The notes: a model not told the origin generated them from the letters alone. DNA of 63,546 nucleotides, filler included, from Lenisia limosa (GCA_001655205.1; 12 parts of 12 records of this genome joined end to end with filler, not necessarily neighbours in it); one strand, 5' to 3'. Counted from the whole stretch's first letter, positions 12,431 to 25,158 are shown. Program-made: numbers and translations.

Positions 12431-12535
12431 CTGGCCCGAAACCGTCCACACCATCACGCTTATATGAAATATTGGAATATAGTAGAAAATTATTTCACCC
12501 AATTTGCCTTAACTCTGTGCACACAGCTTTCAGCG
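12431..12535 (+). repeat. Dispersed repeat family D
   Basis: GGCCCGAAACCGTCCACACCATCACGCTTAT...ATATTGG...AACTCTGTGCACACAGCT; related pieces at 34668-34765, 41115-41156, 61273-61310 and 63034-63068 (minus). Confidence 0.75.
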
Positions 12536-15069
12536 TTCATATGGGGTAAACTTATCATCGTGCCATCAGATCACAGCTTTGTTTGGGTCGATACAACACG
12601 TGTAATTTACAATAAAAAAAGAAAATAGAGTGGTCATATGCAGTGAATCCCAATAACCAGAATTTCGACATCGTGAAGATAGGTAACAACAGTCAATGGA
12701 TCATTAAGGGCCCACTTCCAAATCTGATGATGTTAGGCACGATTCACAGATACTTATCGAGAATCTAATCAACCTAATGGAAACATAAAACAGTTCTGAC
12801 CTGTTATCAAAGTTTTGTACAGTTTTTCAAAGTTGAAAAACTTTAATAACAGCTCTGCAAAGGGTGATTACACAACAGAGATACTCACCCAAAGGAGCAT
12901 GACATTATTTTTTTTCCAACACTCACTTTAAAGCAAATTTGAAAAGGGATCCATGTTAGACTGTCCTACACGAAAGTTAAACATTTAGTTATTTTAGACT
13001 TTTCTCCTAGAAGAAAGTGAAATATTTCGTTGTATCCATTTTAGACTTTCCGAGATTAGTTGTTCTTATTTCCATGTCCTGGGGAGCACCTCAATCAGAA
13101 AACAAATTGGAGTTAATTCACAAAAAAATATATGAGACAAAGAAATGCTGAAAAAAAATTAAACTGTCATTCCCAATCAGCCCACCTGAAGTTTAGTCAG
13201 GATATCGCGAAGTAGAGAGGGCGTCGGCTGAGCTATCGATAGCGCCCGGGGAAGACCATTCTAGGTGTAAATTATCAAGTATTTTGACATTCTGAAACTC
13301 TAAATGAACATTAGAGAAAGAGAGACCCGATAATATAATAGGGAGATGGATGCTGGGTACAGGGTATCTAAACTGTACCCAAAAGAGAGCAAGCAACCTC
13401 CACCAACACCAACTGCTACTGACTACAATATTGGTAGACAGGCACCAGCAGACCCCTGAACAACAATACACATCATCCTGCATGCCTTTTTGATGGAAGG
13501 TCCACGAGGTCTTGGTAAGATCGCCGGATAATGAAAACGGAGGTCCATCTTTGGTCAAAGATCAAAAACACCCATGTGAACGACCCGACCCGTCTGTCAA
13601 GCAGAATGTTCTGAGCCCGCTCTTATCTTTTTAAATTAATAACAACTATCAAATAAGCGCCTTAAGCAAGCAATATTGGGGAAGAGTTGACTGGCCGCAA
13701 AACAATTACACCGAAAATGTCTTATGTGGAGGTATACTTCTACTTTTTCATAAATAATTAAATAATACAATATAGTTACTTTTTTATTTAGTAATAATCA
13801 GGGGGAACTAAATTAAAGCTAGGATGTGTGTGTATATCATACACCTACACTTCCGCCTGAGTTGGGATCAACGTGTTCTACTACCCCATGCTTGTTGGTC
13901 TCTTTCGCCACCATACCTTAAGCCTTTGCTTAAATAGTATTTCAGAGTTTCTAAGACTCTGCAGAGAGTTATAGTTTAAGAAGAAGGTATACTTGGATGT
14001 GAAATGTTTGTTGTTTGTTCCATGAACCTAGGCTGATCTTGCCCCCTTCTCCTCGTTTATTAGGAATAATTAGCCACTTTCTTGATATTAGCAATGGGAA
14101 ATATGGTGTTTAGACCTTCCTCGTTGGCGCCTTTTCTTGTTGTCCTAATTCTACTCACAACTTTCTCTGAGCCGTACCGATATCTTGTTTATTTCTCTGT
14201 TTTGGAGCTGTAATCAAATATTTAGATCTTAGAGAGGACGTTGAGCCACTGCATAGTTATAGTTTGGAAGGTATGCTTCTCGGGGATTTTACTGGGGATG
14301 ATTTGCTCGGGGTGTTGTACCAATCTATGATCGAAGTCACAGTAAAGGATACTTGGGCACCAATCGGACAGCGAGACGCAACCCAGCAAGGAAAGAAGAC
14401 AAGAAGAAAGAAAGAGAAATCGTCAAATCCGTTTTAAAGTTTGAGATTATGAAGAGCAGATCCTTCCTCCTTTCCCCCTTCTCCACTCCTGTTAAATCGC
14501 GTGCGTCGCTTTGCTTTGGACCAGATCTCCTCATAGCATCAGTGCCAAAGCAAAGGTCCTCCCTTTGACCTAAAGCCTCACCAAGCGGACCTTTTATAGA
14601 CAAGAGTACATGAACCTGTTCAGTGATCTCTAACTTCAGAAAATCACTCTCAACCAAATGTCTTTTTTGTTTATAAGCCCATGACGGAAGCTGATCAAAG
14701 AGCACCATTGGGGCTTGTTAACAACCTGAAAAATACTTGGTAATGAAGCTGAAGACTTAAGCTAATTGATCAGCAAAAAAAATATCACTTTTTATCACTA
14801 AAATCTAAAACAAAAAGGGAGGGGTTCAGAAAAAAACGGAAATAAAGAAACTGGGTTACCTAGTACAGTCAGAATTCGTTGAGTACTTAGTTTTGAATAA
14901 AAACTGTGATTTGTGGGGTCCTCAGAAAAAAAAGGTACNNNNNNNNNNATCCTTGGTTAAATGTGCTGTGATTCAACTCATATACCTGATTCAACTCAGG
15001 TACAGTGACTTATGCCCTAGAGGTAAGATACTCCAGTATTTCAGCACAATTTATAATAAACAGCGTCTG

Positions 15070-15700
15070 TTCGGGTTTTCAGACAATCTTGAAGTTGAAT
15101 TCTCTCAAAAAGTGGCAGAAACCACAGAAGTACCTTGCATGACAAAGTTTTTATTATTATTTTTTTGAAAAATTTTAACCTTAAGATCAAAAAATTTCCT
15201 GGCTAACGTTTAAAAAATTGTTTTTTTTTTTTGTGTTTATGCCCGTTCCACTCGGTTTAGTTTCGAATGAAGTCTTTTTCTGAAACCGCAGACTTCTAAA
15301 ACCTATGGATTCATGCAGCTTTCGTCAAAAAATATTTTGAAAGATATCCACATTCTTATCAATAATTGACTAATATTTCGGACACAAGGTTGCAAATATG
15401 CCTTGAACTGGACCTACCAGTGTTATATCTCAAGCCTATCCAAAAAAATTGATGAAAACTGCATGAATCCATTGATTTTAGAGGTCTGCGGTTTCAGAAA
15501 AAGGCTTTATTCGAAACTAAACCGAGTGGAACGGGCATAAACACAAAAAAATCAATTTTTTAAAGGTTAGCCAGGAAATTTTTTGATATTAAGGTCAAAA
15601 ATTTTCAAAATAATAAAAAAAACTTTGTCATGCAAGATCCTTCTGTGGTATCTGCCACTTTTTGAAAGAATTCAACATCAAGATTGTCTGGAAACCCGAA
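15070..15700. mobile_element. Foldback-type element: about 260-bp inverted arms with about 110-bp spacer
   Basis: Arm 15070-15333 is the reverse complement of about 15442-15700, e.g. TTTATGCCCGTTCCACTCGGTTTAGTTTCGAAT vs ATTCGAAACTAAACCGAGTGGAACGGGCATAAA; no TSD found. Confidence 0.9.
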
Positions 15701-16039
15701 TTGTCAAAAAAAAACCGGAATTTTGAACGGAACACATTGATATTGTTGTTTCCTCATTATAAGCTCTATTATCTCAATCCACTCTTCATAGTCTTAAAAG
15801 AGGATATTTTTGCCCAGTTTGAAGTGTAATAGTTTTATTGACAAAAGAAAGGAATGAAAAGAAACACAAATTAAAAAATGAAATGGCATTAATTCGAATT
15901 CCTGAATCAATTGAGGACCTTGAGATTCATTTTGCTTGTTTGTTGCGTGACTTGTGATGTGGCTCTAGTTTGTTGTAGATATCATATAGTGTCCTTGTTT
16001 TTGTATTCCTTTTCAATAACCTTTTATTTGTAACAATAG

Positions 16040-17072
16040 GTAAACCCTCTACTCCAAGCGGCCAAATATGGACATTGTCAGTTTCTTCGAGATGCATTGG
16101 CTTTTATGGAGCTCAAAGAAGAGTACTTCGTTTTACAGGTAAGTGTAAATAATCTGTCTACGCGGGAGGAGGTTTAATTCAGTTATTTTTAAAAAAACAG
16201 TTGGGATCATTGAGAAGGTAGTTTTCTAGTCTGACTTGGTTTTGGGATGATCATCCAATACATATATACGTATATGTTTCCCCTGGGGGAGGGGGTCGCA
16301 CCAGCGACCGAATAATATATTTACACAATATACATATACACCCATGGGCACGGGGTCATGGGGTCAGCGGGTCAGATATATATTTATTATATTATAATCT
16401 TATTACATATATATATTATTTTTTTACTATGTTATAATATATATATATATGTATATGTATATTGCTATCTGGAGTTTTGAAATTCATACACAGTGACCGG
16501 GATACGATTTGACCGATTTTCGTGAGGTTATTACATAGCAAATCGGTCTGGACTTATCCCAGTCACTGTATATTGTCAACGCATGGCAATATAAACTCCT
16601 TAACTGATAGCAACCAAGAGGATATGGATATATTGAGTTGTAATTCAGCCTGAATGTTAATGAAGAGGGATGGGAAAGGCTAACTAGAGGAAGCAGGTGG
16701 AGACGAAAGTACTCAAAGATTAATTGAATGATTGAATTAGTTTTTCCAGATTTCCCGCACATTTCTCACTTCTAGGATGAAGTTAACGCCTGTCACCTTG
16801 CTGCAAAATTTGGAAACTTTAAAGGTATTTTGGGACTATCGTACAGAATCATTTTATGATATTACTGTAACCTTTCTGGCCTCGGATTTGTAATGTCTCT
16901 ATCAAAGACACAATTTCATTGTTGAATCTCTGGTCGGGAGTCACGCCGAATTATTAGAAACATTTTGGTATCTTCAAACAGTGATTTTTTCAGGTGTTCA
17001 TTTCCTGAAAAACGAAAACATTTGTTCTCCCGAATTCTTTGACAAAGAGATCACTGTTGAAAAGGTATTGTA
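16040..17072 (+). CDS. Possible ankyrin-repeat protein fragment
   Basis: Exon-like pieces QAAKYGHCQFLRDAL (~16053) and DEVNACHLAAKFGNFK (~16776) resemble the ankyrin LHxAAxxGH motif; donors GTAAGT and GTATT. Confidence 0.4.
16489..16570. mobile_element. Tc1/pogo-type MITE family F (82 bp)
   Basis: TA|CACAGTGACCGGGATA...TATCCCAGTCACTGTA|TA; about 29-bp imperfect TIRs. Confidence 0.85.
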
Positions 17073-19453
17073 TTGGATTGGAGGGAGAACTTTTCCGATT
17101 GTATGTATATGTATGCTCGTGCGCCAAAACCCCGTTGTTTTTGGGATATCCCATCACTTTTGAATTTTGGAGAAATAAACTTGAAATTGCTTTTTTTTTA
17201 TGCCTCATATATGTTGTTAACAGTAGTTAATGAGTAATTTAGGCAAACAAGTGCCAGGTAACCGTAACAGATAATAGATAATAACAGAATATATGTATTG
17301 ATTTAATAAAATAAACGCCTTTTCTTCTTTTGAGGTTTCTTTTTCTCCTTTTGTCTGCACATAAGCTTGGTATGACGTTGGTGATAGGAACAAGATACCT
17401 CCTTGGTTGTCGTTGCAGGGTCTCTTGCGGTTAGGCTTGAGCTCCTCAGTATTTTCGATAATGTTGGAAATGAAATATCTTCGACTTACTTGTCCTGGGT
17501 GTAGAATAGTATTTTTTTCTCACTTTATCTTCCAAAAGGGTACTTCAGGTGGTAAAACTTGTGAATTAACTTCCACCATATCTACGAAGATCAGTCACTA
17601 AAAATCCAAATAGAGCAAAATAAACAAATATACAAATATTTTGGTGTTTTACATATTTTGTTTCCAAATAGTAAACAAAAACATCACTTTTTGGTCATTT
17701 TCACACGTGCACTATCATTTTCGACACAGTCTGATACATTGGAATGAACCTTCGTGATATATCCGTTATCATTTCTACCCGTGAGTCGGTCAAATGAATA
17801 TTTCACAAGTGGATATGGGTCAGTATTTATAAGAAATATCATATTTTCTCTTAATCGGAGAAATTTTTGAACAACCCAATGAATAATTGGTTGAAAATTG
17901 TAGTGAAACATAGAATCAAATGGCTCTTATCATATAGAGAGAAGAAAGGACCATTATTGCCCCATATGGTCGATATAAACACCCACAAATCAATTTACGC
18001 TTTTTCGGCAATCTTTCAAAACTTGTTCAAATGAGACAGTTGAATTGGAAACTCTGAGTCTATTGTCATAAATTGAGACTTCATAAAGCAAACCTTTTGT
18101 GCTGGTTAGAATAGTAGAATAGTGGATTCTTGAGGTCTTATAGCGCCATTTATTCAAAAGTGAGGACAACCATGTTGGACGGTAGTACCCATGTTGAAGG
18201 TCTAAAGAGCAAAACATCAGCCCACCATGGAGCCCTATTGTCTTTTTATATCATAACAAGTTAAAAACAAGTTAGGGAATGTGGAGGGAGGGGCTCAAAA
18301 ATTTGACAATAGAGGAGTGAATGCAGAAAGTATAAATCAAAACAGGGTGACTTGGATAATCCGTGAATTGATTTTTTGAAGTAAGGGTAAACCTTATTTC
18401 TTATCGGTTATTTCTGTACCCAAACCATTGTTAATCACGCTTCTGCATTTATAACTTTTGTTATTTCGTAATATTACTTCACAAAACGGGTTGACTTCTC
18501 CAGGAAATATTAAAGCCTCTTGATATCGCACTTTGGTTTAAACAGTATGGATTTGCGTCTCGATTCCAAGAAGAATTCAAAATCGAGGTGAGAAGATCTG
18601 TGAGTTACGATTAATAACACATTCACAACAAATTTACTCTCTCTCAGGTCAAAGGCCATTTTCCTTATCTATGTATTCTGCACCAGGCACGTCGAGTTCC
18701 TAAACGAAATTTTGTTAAAGTTGGTTTGAAAAGAGAATTTCAATATATGCTGGAGCGCCAAAACTCCGAATATTATAATATAACTCGAATTTTATTTTTC
18801 CAACAACGCACAAATAAGTTCATACTTCATGAAAACAAAGAAAAAATGTACATAAAACATAAAATGAAGACAATAGAATACTGTTTTTTTCACAAAATTG
18901 GATCACTTTTTTTTTGCTGATCTTGCCTTGATCTTGAAAAAAAAAATTTCTCTGAAACGTCATTTTCTCTCGTTTCCGCGTATTTATTGATATTTTTGTA
19001 ATATATTTTCATTTTCGAGTGGAAAGGTGCAGGAGGGCGCTTTAAAGAGGACTTTTTGGACTTTTTTTTATTACTTTGGGTGTTTATACACCTCCAGAAT
19101 ACAATTTTTTTTGAAATTTTCTTCTTCTACCAAAAGGCTCTTGAAGATATAATATACGAAATAGTTCATAGATAAAATCAGCAAAAGNNNNNNNNNNNNN
19201 NNNNNNNNNNNNNNNNNNNNNNNNNNNNNNNNNNNNNNNNNNNNNNNNNNNNNNNNNNNNNNNNNNNNNNNNNNNNNNNNNNNNNNNNNNNNNNNNNNNN
19301 NNNNNNNNNNNNNNNNNNNNNNNNNNNNNNNNNNNNNNNNNNNNNNNNNNNNNNNNNNNNNNNNNNNNNNNNNNNNNNNNNNNNNNNNNNNNNNNNNNNN
19401 NNNNNNNNNNNNNNNNNNNNNNNNNNNNNNNNNNAAATGGAGGTAAGGGATAT

Positions 19454-21260
19454 TTGGGAGTAAAACCAAATATCCTGACAAACATGGAAAAAGATCGTAT
19501 TCTCAAGGAGATTGCTGAGCTGATAGTGAATCTGCCACCTGATTCAATCTATGACCAGGCTTCGTGCTGCATGTACCCAATGGCAAGTGGCTACGCAATC
19601 AAAGTTCCCAAAAGCCAAATTTATGAATCATTTAAGAGTTTGATGAAGAAGCAGGCTGATCCAAGTAACACAGAACANNNNNNNNNNNNNNNNNNNNNNN
19701 NNNNNNNNNNNNNNNNNNNNNNNNNNNNNNNNNNNNNNNNNNNNNNNNNNNNNNNNNNNNNNNNNNNNNNNNNNNNNNNNNNNNNNNNNNNNNNNNNNNN
19801 NNNNNNNNNNNNNNNNNNNNNNNNNNNNNNNNNNNNNNNNNNNNNNNNNNNNNNNNNNNNNNNNNNNNNNNNNNNNNNNNNAGAAATGAGAAAAAGTACT
19901 AACACAACAATCATTATCATATCATTTCACCAATTATATCTCATGTAAACTCTGAGCTCCCCAATGCCTTCATTGATTGATTATGCTTGTGACTTGTTCT
20001 CACCACATTCAGCCGGAAAATGTTCTGCAAATGGCGCGGTTATGGAATGCTAGTCAGCGTATTTGGTCACACTGCAAGAGTGTAGCTGCCTCATCTAAGA
20101 CCAAAAACCCAGATACCCTCAACAAACTTGGAGTACAGTCCTATCATACTGCCTTGACTATTGAACTTCTGGTTGCACGTTTGGTTACCGCATGTAGAGA
20201 ATCGATGGACGGAAACTTTNNNNNNNNNNTAAAGAGTTTTACCAGGCCTATCAAAAGAAGGCAACAACGATGCTTGGAAAAAAGTTCTCTGCTCTGGAAA
20301 AATCATGCGAAATGGTTAGTTTCTTCGTTCACCGTTTTGATTTTGTCAACGATAAACAGCTCTTATCCATCGGGGGGGGGGGGTTATCATATTCTGTTGA
20401 GGTAGACGTCACTGAATAGTTTGAAAAGTGTTGTTACTTATGTTTGATGCATTTTTACATTTTAGAAAATAAAGGCCTCAAGTCGTGACACCTATCCCAT
20501 CATTGAACACGCTGTTGATGTTCTTGATACCGTCACCCCGGATTACCAGTGCCCCTGCTCTCGAGTGTTCTTTGGTGATGAAATCGCATGGATGAAGTCC
20601 TATTGGAGGGATGTAAAGGGTGAATGCTTGGTTTCTGCTATATCAATGACCAACCTGGAAGGATTGGTGGTTGAGTCTTCCATTGTGGTTGGAGGAGAGT
20701 TGATCTACAAGAAAGCAGTGGCAAGATCAGAGGCAGCTAAGAAGAAAGGAAGAAAGGCAAGGCCAAAGATTCGAAAGACAGGTGTGAAAGAAGTTGACGA
20801 AGTTGCGGATTGGGTAAACCAGAACCCTTTTGAAGAAACCCTCAGGATGAAGGAGCCCAGTAAAAAGTCCCATGCAGCCGCCAAAAAGTACTCAATGAAC
20901 GTTATTGGCATTAATTCGAGTACTTTCTTCAATACAGAGGCTGTAATGCTAACTATGGAGAAACTTCACATCAATATGAACTCTACTGCTGGTAACCCTA
21001 TTATTGTGGTTGTGGACGGAGCGAGACCACATATCACTCCAGAGGTTCGTGACTTGATAACTACCCAATATTTCCTAATATCTACCTAGCTTTGGCAACT
21101 TATATCATCTAACTTTTTCAGATGTCTGCTTCTATATTCCTTGAATTCTTCATCAGTTTGGTGGCAGAACCGGCCTTTACGTCGCATTTTATGCAGGTAT
21201 GGGAGAATGGTATATTGGCCTGGTGTATTCCATACGACTAGCACTTTTTTTTCTATTGTC
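19454..21260 (+). mobile_element. Degenerate pogo/Tc1-mariner-type DDE transposase gene (DDE_1-like), interrupted by gaps and a probable frameshift
   Basis: RVFFGDE (first Asp region, ~20562-20581) and PIIVVVDGARPHITPEVRDL (second Asp region, ~20997-21057). Downstream YLPSFGNLYHLTFSDV lies in a shifted frame. N-terminal KPNILTNMEKDRILKEIAEL resembles an HTH start. TIRs not located. Confidence 0.6.
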
Positions 21261-21895
21261 AATATTGATTGTCNNNNNNNNNNNNNNNNNNNNNNNNNNN
21301 NNNNNNNNNNNNNNNNNTTAATTAATTAANNNNNNNNNNNNNNNNNNNNNNNNNNNNNNNNNNNNNNNNNNNNGGGGGGGGGGGTATATAATTATATCAT
21401 TCTGCTATAATACGGTGGAATATAGTGTGGAGTTGATATTGGTTTTTTATTTAGCCATTTTGTGTATGAGGGTGAGAGGGTATACTTTGTTTGAGCGCCT
21501 TTTGGTCTTGCTTCTTCTTTTCCAACAGGTTTTTTTTGTTTTGCCTCCCTCTCAACCTGTCATCATCAGACCTTATGGAAGATAATGTATCACCCCCCCC
21601 CCCNNNNNNNNNNNNNNNNNNNNNNNNNNNNNNNNNNNNNNNNNNNNNNNNNNNNNNNNNNNNNNNNNNNNNNNNNNNNNNNNNNNNNNNNNNNNNNNNN
21701 NNNNNNNNNNNNNNNNNNNNNNNNNNNNNNNNNNNNNNNNNNNNNNNNNNNNNNNNNNNNNNNNNNNNNNNNNNNNNNNNNNNNNNNNNNNNNNNNNNNN
21801 NNNNNNNNNNNNNNNNNNNNNNNNNNNNNNNNNNNNNNNNNNNNNNNNNNNNNNNNNNNNNNNNNNNNNNNNNNNNNNNNNNNNNNNNNNNNNNN

Positions 21896-21959
21896 AGGAG
21901 GGAAGGAGTCGGCACTACTTTTGTATCGAGGACCCCTTCGAACTGACTCACAACCTGGG
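21896..21959 (+). CDS. Exon of a Cid1/TUTase-family non-canonical poly(A)/poly(U) polymerase (PAP-associated motif)
   Basis: Reads GRSRHYFCIEDPFELTHNLG followed by donor GTGGGT; IEDPFxxxxNLG is the hallmark PAP-associated nucleotide-recognition motif. The rest of the gene is mostly in N gaps. Confidence 0.6.
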
Positions 21960-21984
21960 GTGGGTATATGGCCTGATACACAAC

Positions 21985-22066
21985 TAGGGCTTCACTTCGG
22001 TAAATTATCGATAGTTGAAGATTTATCGAGAAACTCGGTCTTTTTTTGAACCGAAGTGAAGCACCA
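21985..22066 (-). mobile_element. MITE A1 in the intron after the TUTase-motif exon
   Basis: TAGGGCTTCACTTCGG...CCGAAGTGAAGCACCA. Confidence 0.9.
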
Positions 22067-22147
22067 CTCACAACCTGGGGTAGGTATATGGTGGGGGGTA
22101 CAATATTAGGAGAGTAGCTATCATTGCAGAGGGAGGAGGGTACTGCG

Positions 22148-22224
22148 TGAATCGTCAGCCAACAGTGTCGATTTTGGGCTTTTTTTTTTGTTTCATAAAT
22201 TTTCCTATTTTACCCCCCCCCCCC
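22148..22224 (+). repeat. Repeat B, 5'-truncated, ending in poly-C at a gap
   Basis: GTCAGCCAACAGTGTCGATTTTGGGCTTTT..TTTCATAAATTTTCCTATTTTACCCC; same strand as the TUTase-motif exon. Confidence 0.9.
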
Positions 22225-22397
22225 NNNNNNNNNNNNNNNNNNNNNNNNNNNNNNNNNNNNNNNNNNNNNNNNNNNNNNNNNNNNNNNNNNNNNNNNNNNN
22301 NNNNNNNNNNNNNNNNNNNNNNNNNNNNNNNNNNNNNNNNNNNNNNNNNNNNNNNNNNNNNNNNNNNNNNNNNNNNNNNNNNNNNNNNNNNNNNNNA

Positions 22398-22580
22398 TTT
22401 ATGAAACAAAAAAAAGCCCGAAATCAACTCCGGTGACTAGCGACCACACAGGGGGCGGGGGGGAAGTAATTTCGATGAAGAATATTGGCGTAAAGGTACT
22501 AATCACGAACCGAATAATGTGAAACTCCAAACGAACAGAAAACAAAAAACAAAAAACAAGCATACACACGAGCAACCAAC
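22398..22580 (-). repeat. Tandem repeat C followed by repeat B
   Basis: On the minus strand: C (about 22580-22456), C-run, then B (about 22455-22398) into the gap. Confidence 0.85.
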
Positions 22581-25158
22581 GATAAAACCAGATGACAAAA
22601 AACACAAAAAAAACAAGGGATATGCGTGTTATTCGACATTTTGTCATTCAGCTTCTCTAACACACTAGGAGGAACTACTCAAAGAACGACAACTTCCTCC
22701 TCCAAAGGAAAGAGTGGGAGGGGGGGGNNNNNNNNNNNNNNNNNNNNNNNNNNNNNNNNNNNNNNNNNNNNNNNNNNNNNNNNNNNNNNNNNNNNNNNNN
22801 NNNNNNNNNNNNNNNNNNNNNNNNNNNNNNNNNNNNNNNNNNNNNNNNNNNNNNNNNNNNNNNNNNNNNNNNNNNNNNNNNNNNACTGATACTTCTGCTG
22901 AAGAAAACTGATTTGATATTTTAATGTATTTTGATAGAGTTTACAAATATTGGCTTCTTCTAACCTGTTCAGCAAAACCCTAATAGCGCGTCACACTGAT
23001 GTCTCAATTATCAATGAGTATGACATGAAGTTGTACAGACATCTTCACCGCTATCGATTCGAGGCCGGTTAGTTCAGAATCTTCACTATCTCCCCTTCCC
23101 CGCTCTTGGCTATCAGTGTTTTTCGCGAACCTTCAAAAGTGTCCCTGAAAACATCGATGTATATGTGGCCAAAATGTAATTGCTTTTGATTGCAATTATC
23201 TCCTTCCTTTCACTAACTTTCCGTTTTGCTCGAGTTTATCGATGAGGGTATCATTATTCGAGGATTAATCAAGAAATTCGGGTTCCATCGTTTTTCAGAG
23301 ATGACAAACATCAAGCGGATAATTCTAGATAGCCTCGATAAAACTTCAAAAAACCTAGAACCTGTATTTTACCACCCCTTTTCGGGTGGTATGGAAGCCT
23401 TATCACCATGTGATTTTGACCCGAAATGTTTCAATAGGGAAGATACATAGCTAAACCTAAACCTCATAGGGGAAATCTCTATATCGGGGAAAATCTCGGG
23501 CTGGGGGAGGGGGCGATCTTGACATCCCTACGCATGGCGAGCAGCAGAGATGGACATGGCTCGGATGTCAGCCTCGAGATCCTCTAGATCCTTTTGGACC
23601 TTACGCTGGATTGCTGCCTGGAGGGTCGATTGGTAAAAATGAGGAGGTGAAAACGAAGGGAATTTCAATGAAAAATATTGGCGTAAAGGTACTAATCACG
23701 AACCGAATCATCTGATACCCAACACAAAACAAAAAACAAGCAATAACAAAGGGTGGTATATAATGGTTACAATGGAATTTTATGGGGGGGCAATTTATGA
23801 GGGGATTTCTATGAATATACTACATAGAGGGTTTGTGTAGACAATACCAGATGAACTGAAGAAAATCTATCCCCCGGGCACCTCATCCACCGAAAGAGGG
23901 GTGACGCTCATACGATCCATTTCATGTCTGAGCATGTCCACAGTCACAATCGAATCCTCCAGGGCCTGAAGCGCCTCTTCCCTATGGGGTTATTTAGCAT
24001 CCTTCAATATGGCTTCCCTATGTTCTCGATAAATACTCGATAAATATCGATATTTTTAGGGTCTTTTTCAACTGTAGGGAAGCCCCATTTAGTACCCTAA
24101 TAAACAACGTGATTAGTCGCAAGTGGTCCCCTACGGTCACCCAAAAAGATAAAGAGAACTGAAATAAGCTCGCATAAAGGTTCAAATGAGAAGTCTGGCC
24201 AATGCCTTCCACAATAAGAGTTATATCATGGTACTCACTTTGCAGCAAGGTTCTTTGAGTGGAACGTTTCCTAGAAAGTCAAAATCCATACAAAGTTTGA
24301 ATATTCTTCTTTTAAACTTTCTTGTTCTTAAGGGGCTAAAAACAAAAAGACCGACATTTTCATCATATGCAGTATATCAATATAGCATAGTTAAGCCACA
24401 TCAAACAGTACCCCACCTCTACGGGAAATTCGTTTTCGCTGTTTTGGTCCTGCTGGGGAGGTTCTACAAAAGTGGGGGGGGGGGGAGNNNNNNNNNNNNN
24501 NNNNNNNNNNNNNNNNNNNNNNNNNNNNNNNNNNNNNNNNNNNNNNNNNNNATGAAATCAGCTCTAGGAAGCCCCTGGGACCTCTTGAGGGTACCGAGCT
24601 GCACTGAGACATCCCATCAGAGGGCCTAAAGAGGTTAGTTCAGGAATCCCTGTATTTTTGGTGTTTTTTTTAAAGAAATTATTTGACAAAACGTGAGAAG
24701 AAAAGAAGAAAAAAAAACAAAAAGAGGAAAAAAGGAGTAAACAAAAAAAAAAGGGGGGGGGGGNNNNNNNNNNNNNNNNNNNNNNNNNNNNNNNNNNNNN
24801 NNNNNNNNCTCGAGAACAGCAAGAAAACAACACGAGAGAGAATAGAAGAAGCCAAGGACATACATAGCGGTACGGTCTGGGGTGGCAGCAGCTGGCTGGC
24901 TCGGATATAAGCCAATACTAGCGGGGGTGAGGACACTGGGGGGTATAGATAACCGTTATATCAGCCTTTTTCGTTATATACTATATGTACCTATCTATGT
25001 ATATTATTTGATATGTATGATAAAAGATATAGTATCATATAGTATTTGCAAATACTCAGCAAACCTGGGGGGCACTTCGACCTGGTTCTGGTCACATAAA
25101 TCCAGGAGAGCGGCAATCATAGCCTCCGCCTGGGCTCTTTTCCTCGATTCGGCTCGTA
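22400..25158 (-). CDS. Multi-exon coiled-coil protein fragment, function unknown
   Basis: Splice-bounded open exons RAESRKRAQAEAMIAALL, EEALQALEDSIVTVDMLRHEMDRM and AAIQRKVQKDLEDLEADIRAMS (exon from 23617). Confidence 0.45.
23640..23750 (-). repeat. Repeat C
   Basis: TTCGGTTCGTGATTAGTACCTTTACGCCAATATTTTTCATTGAAATTCCCTTCGTTTTCACCTCC on minus; predicted AG at 23619-23618. Confidence 0.9.
24008..24087 (+). mobile_element. MITE A2 with internal deletion
   Basis: TATGGCTTCCCTA...TGTAGGGAAGCCCCA with core. Confidence 0.85.

Noticed and set aside
14337-14708. 123-aa minus-strand ORF as a standalone gene
   Set aside because: No recognisable motif, and it overlaps a plausible plus-strand terminal exon ending near 14437
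21480-21590. Minus-strand exon SDDDRLRGRQNKKNLLEKKKQDQK as the end of the coiled-coil gene
   Set aside because: It conflicts with the plus-strand IEDPFELTHNLG exon 300 nt away; the strand here cannot be decided
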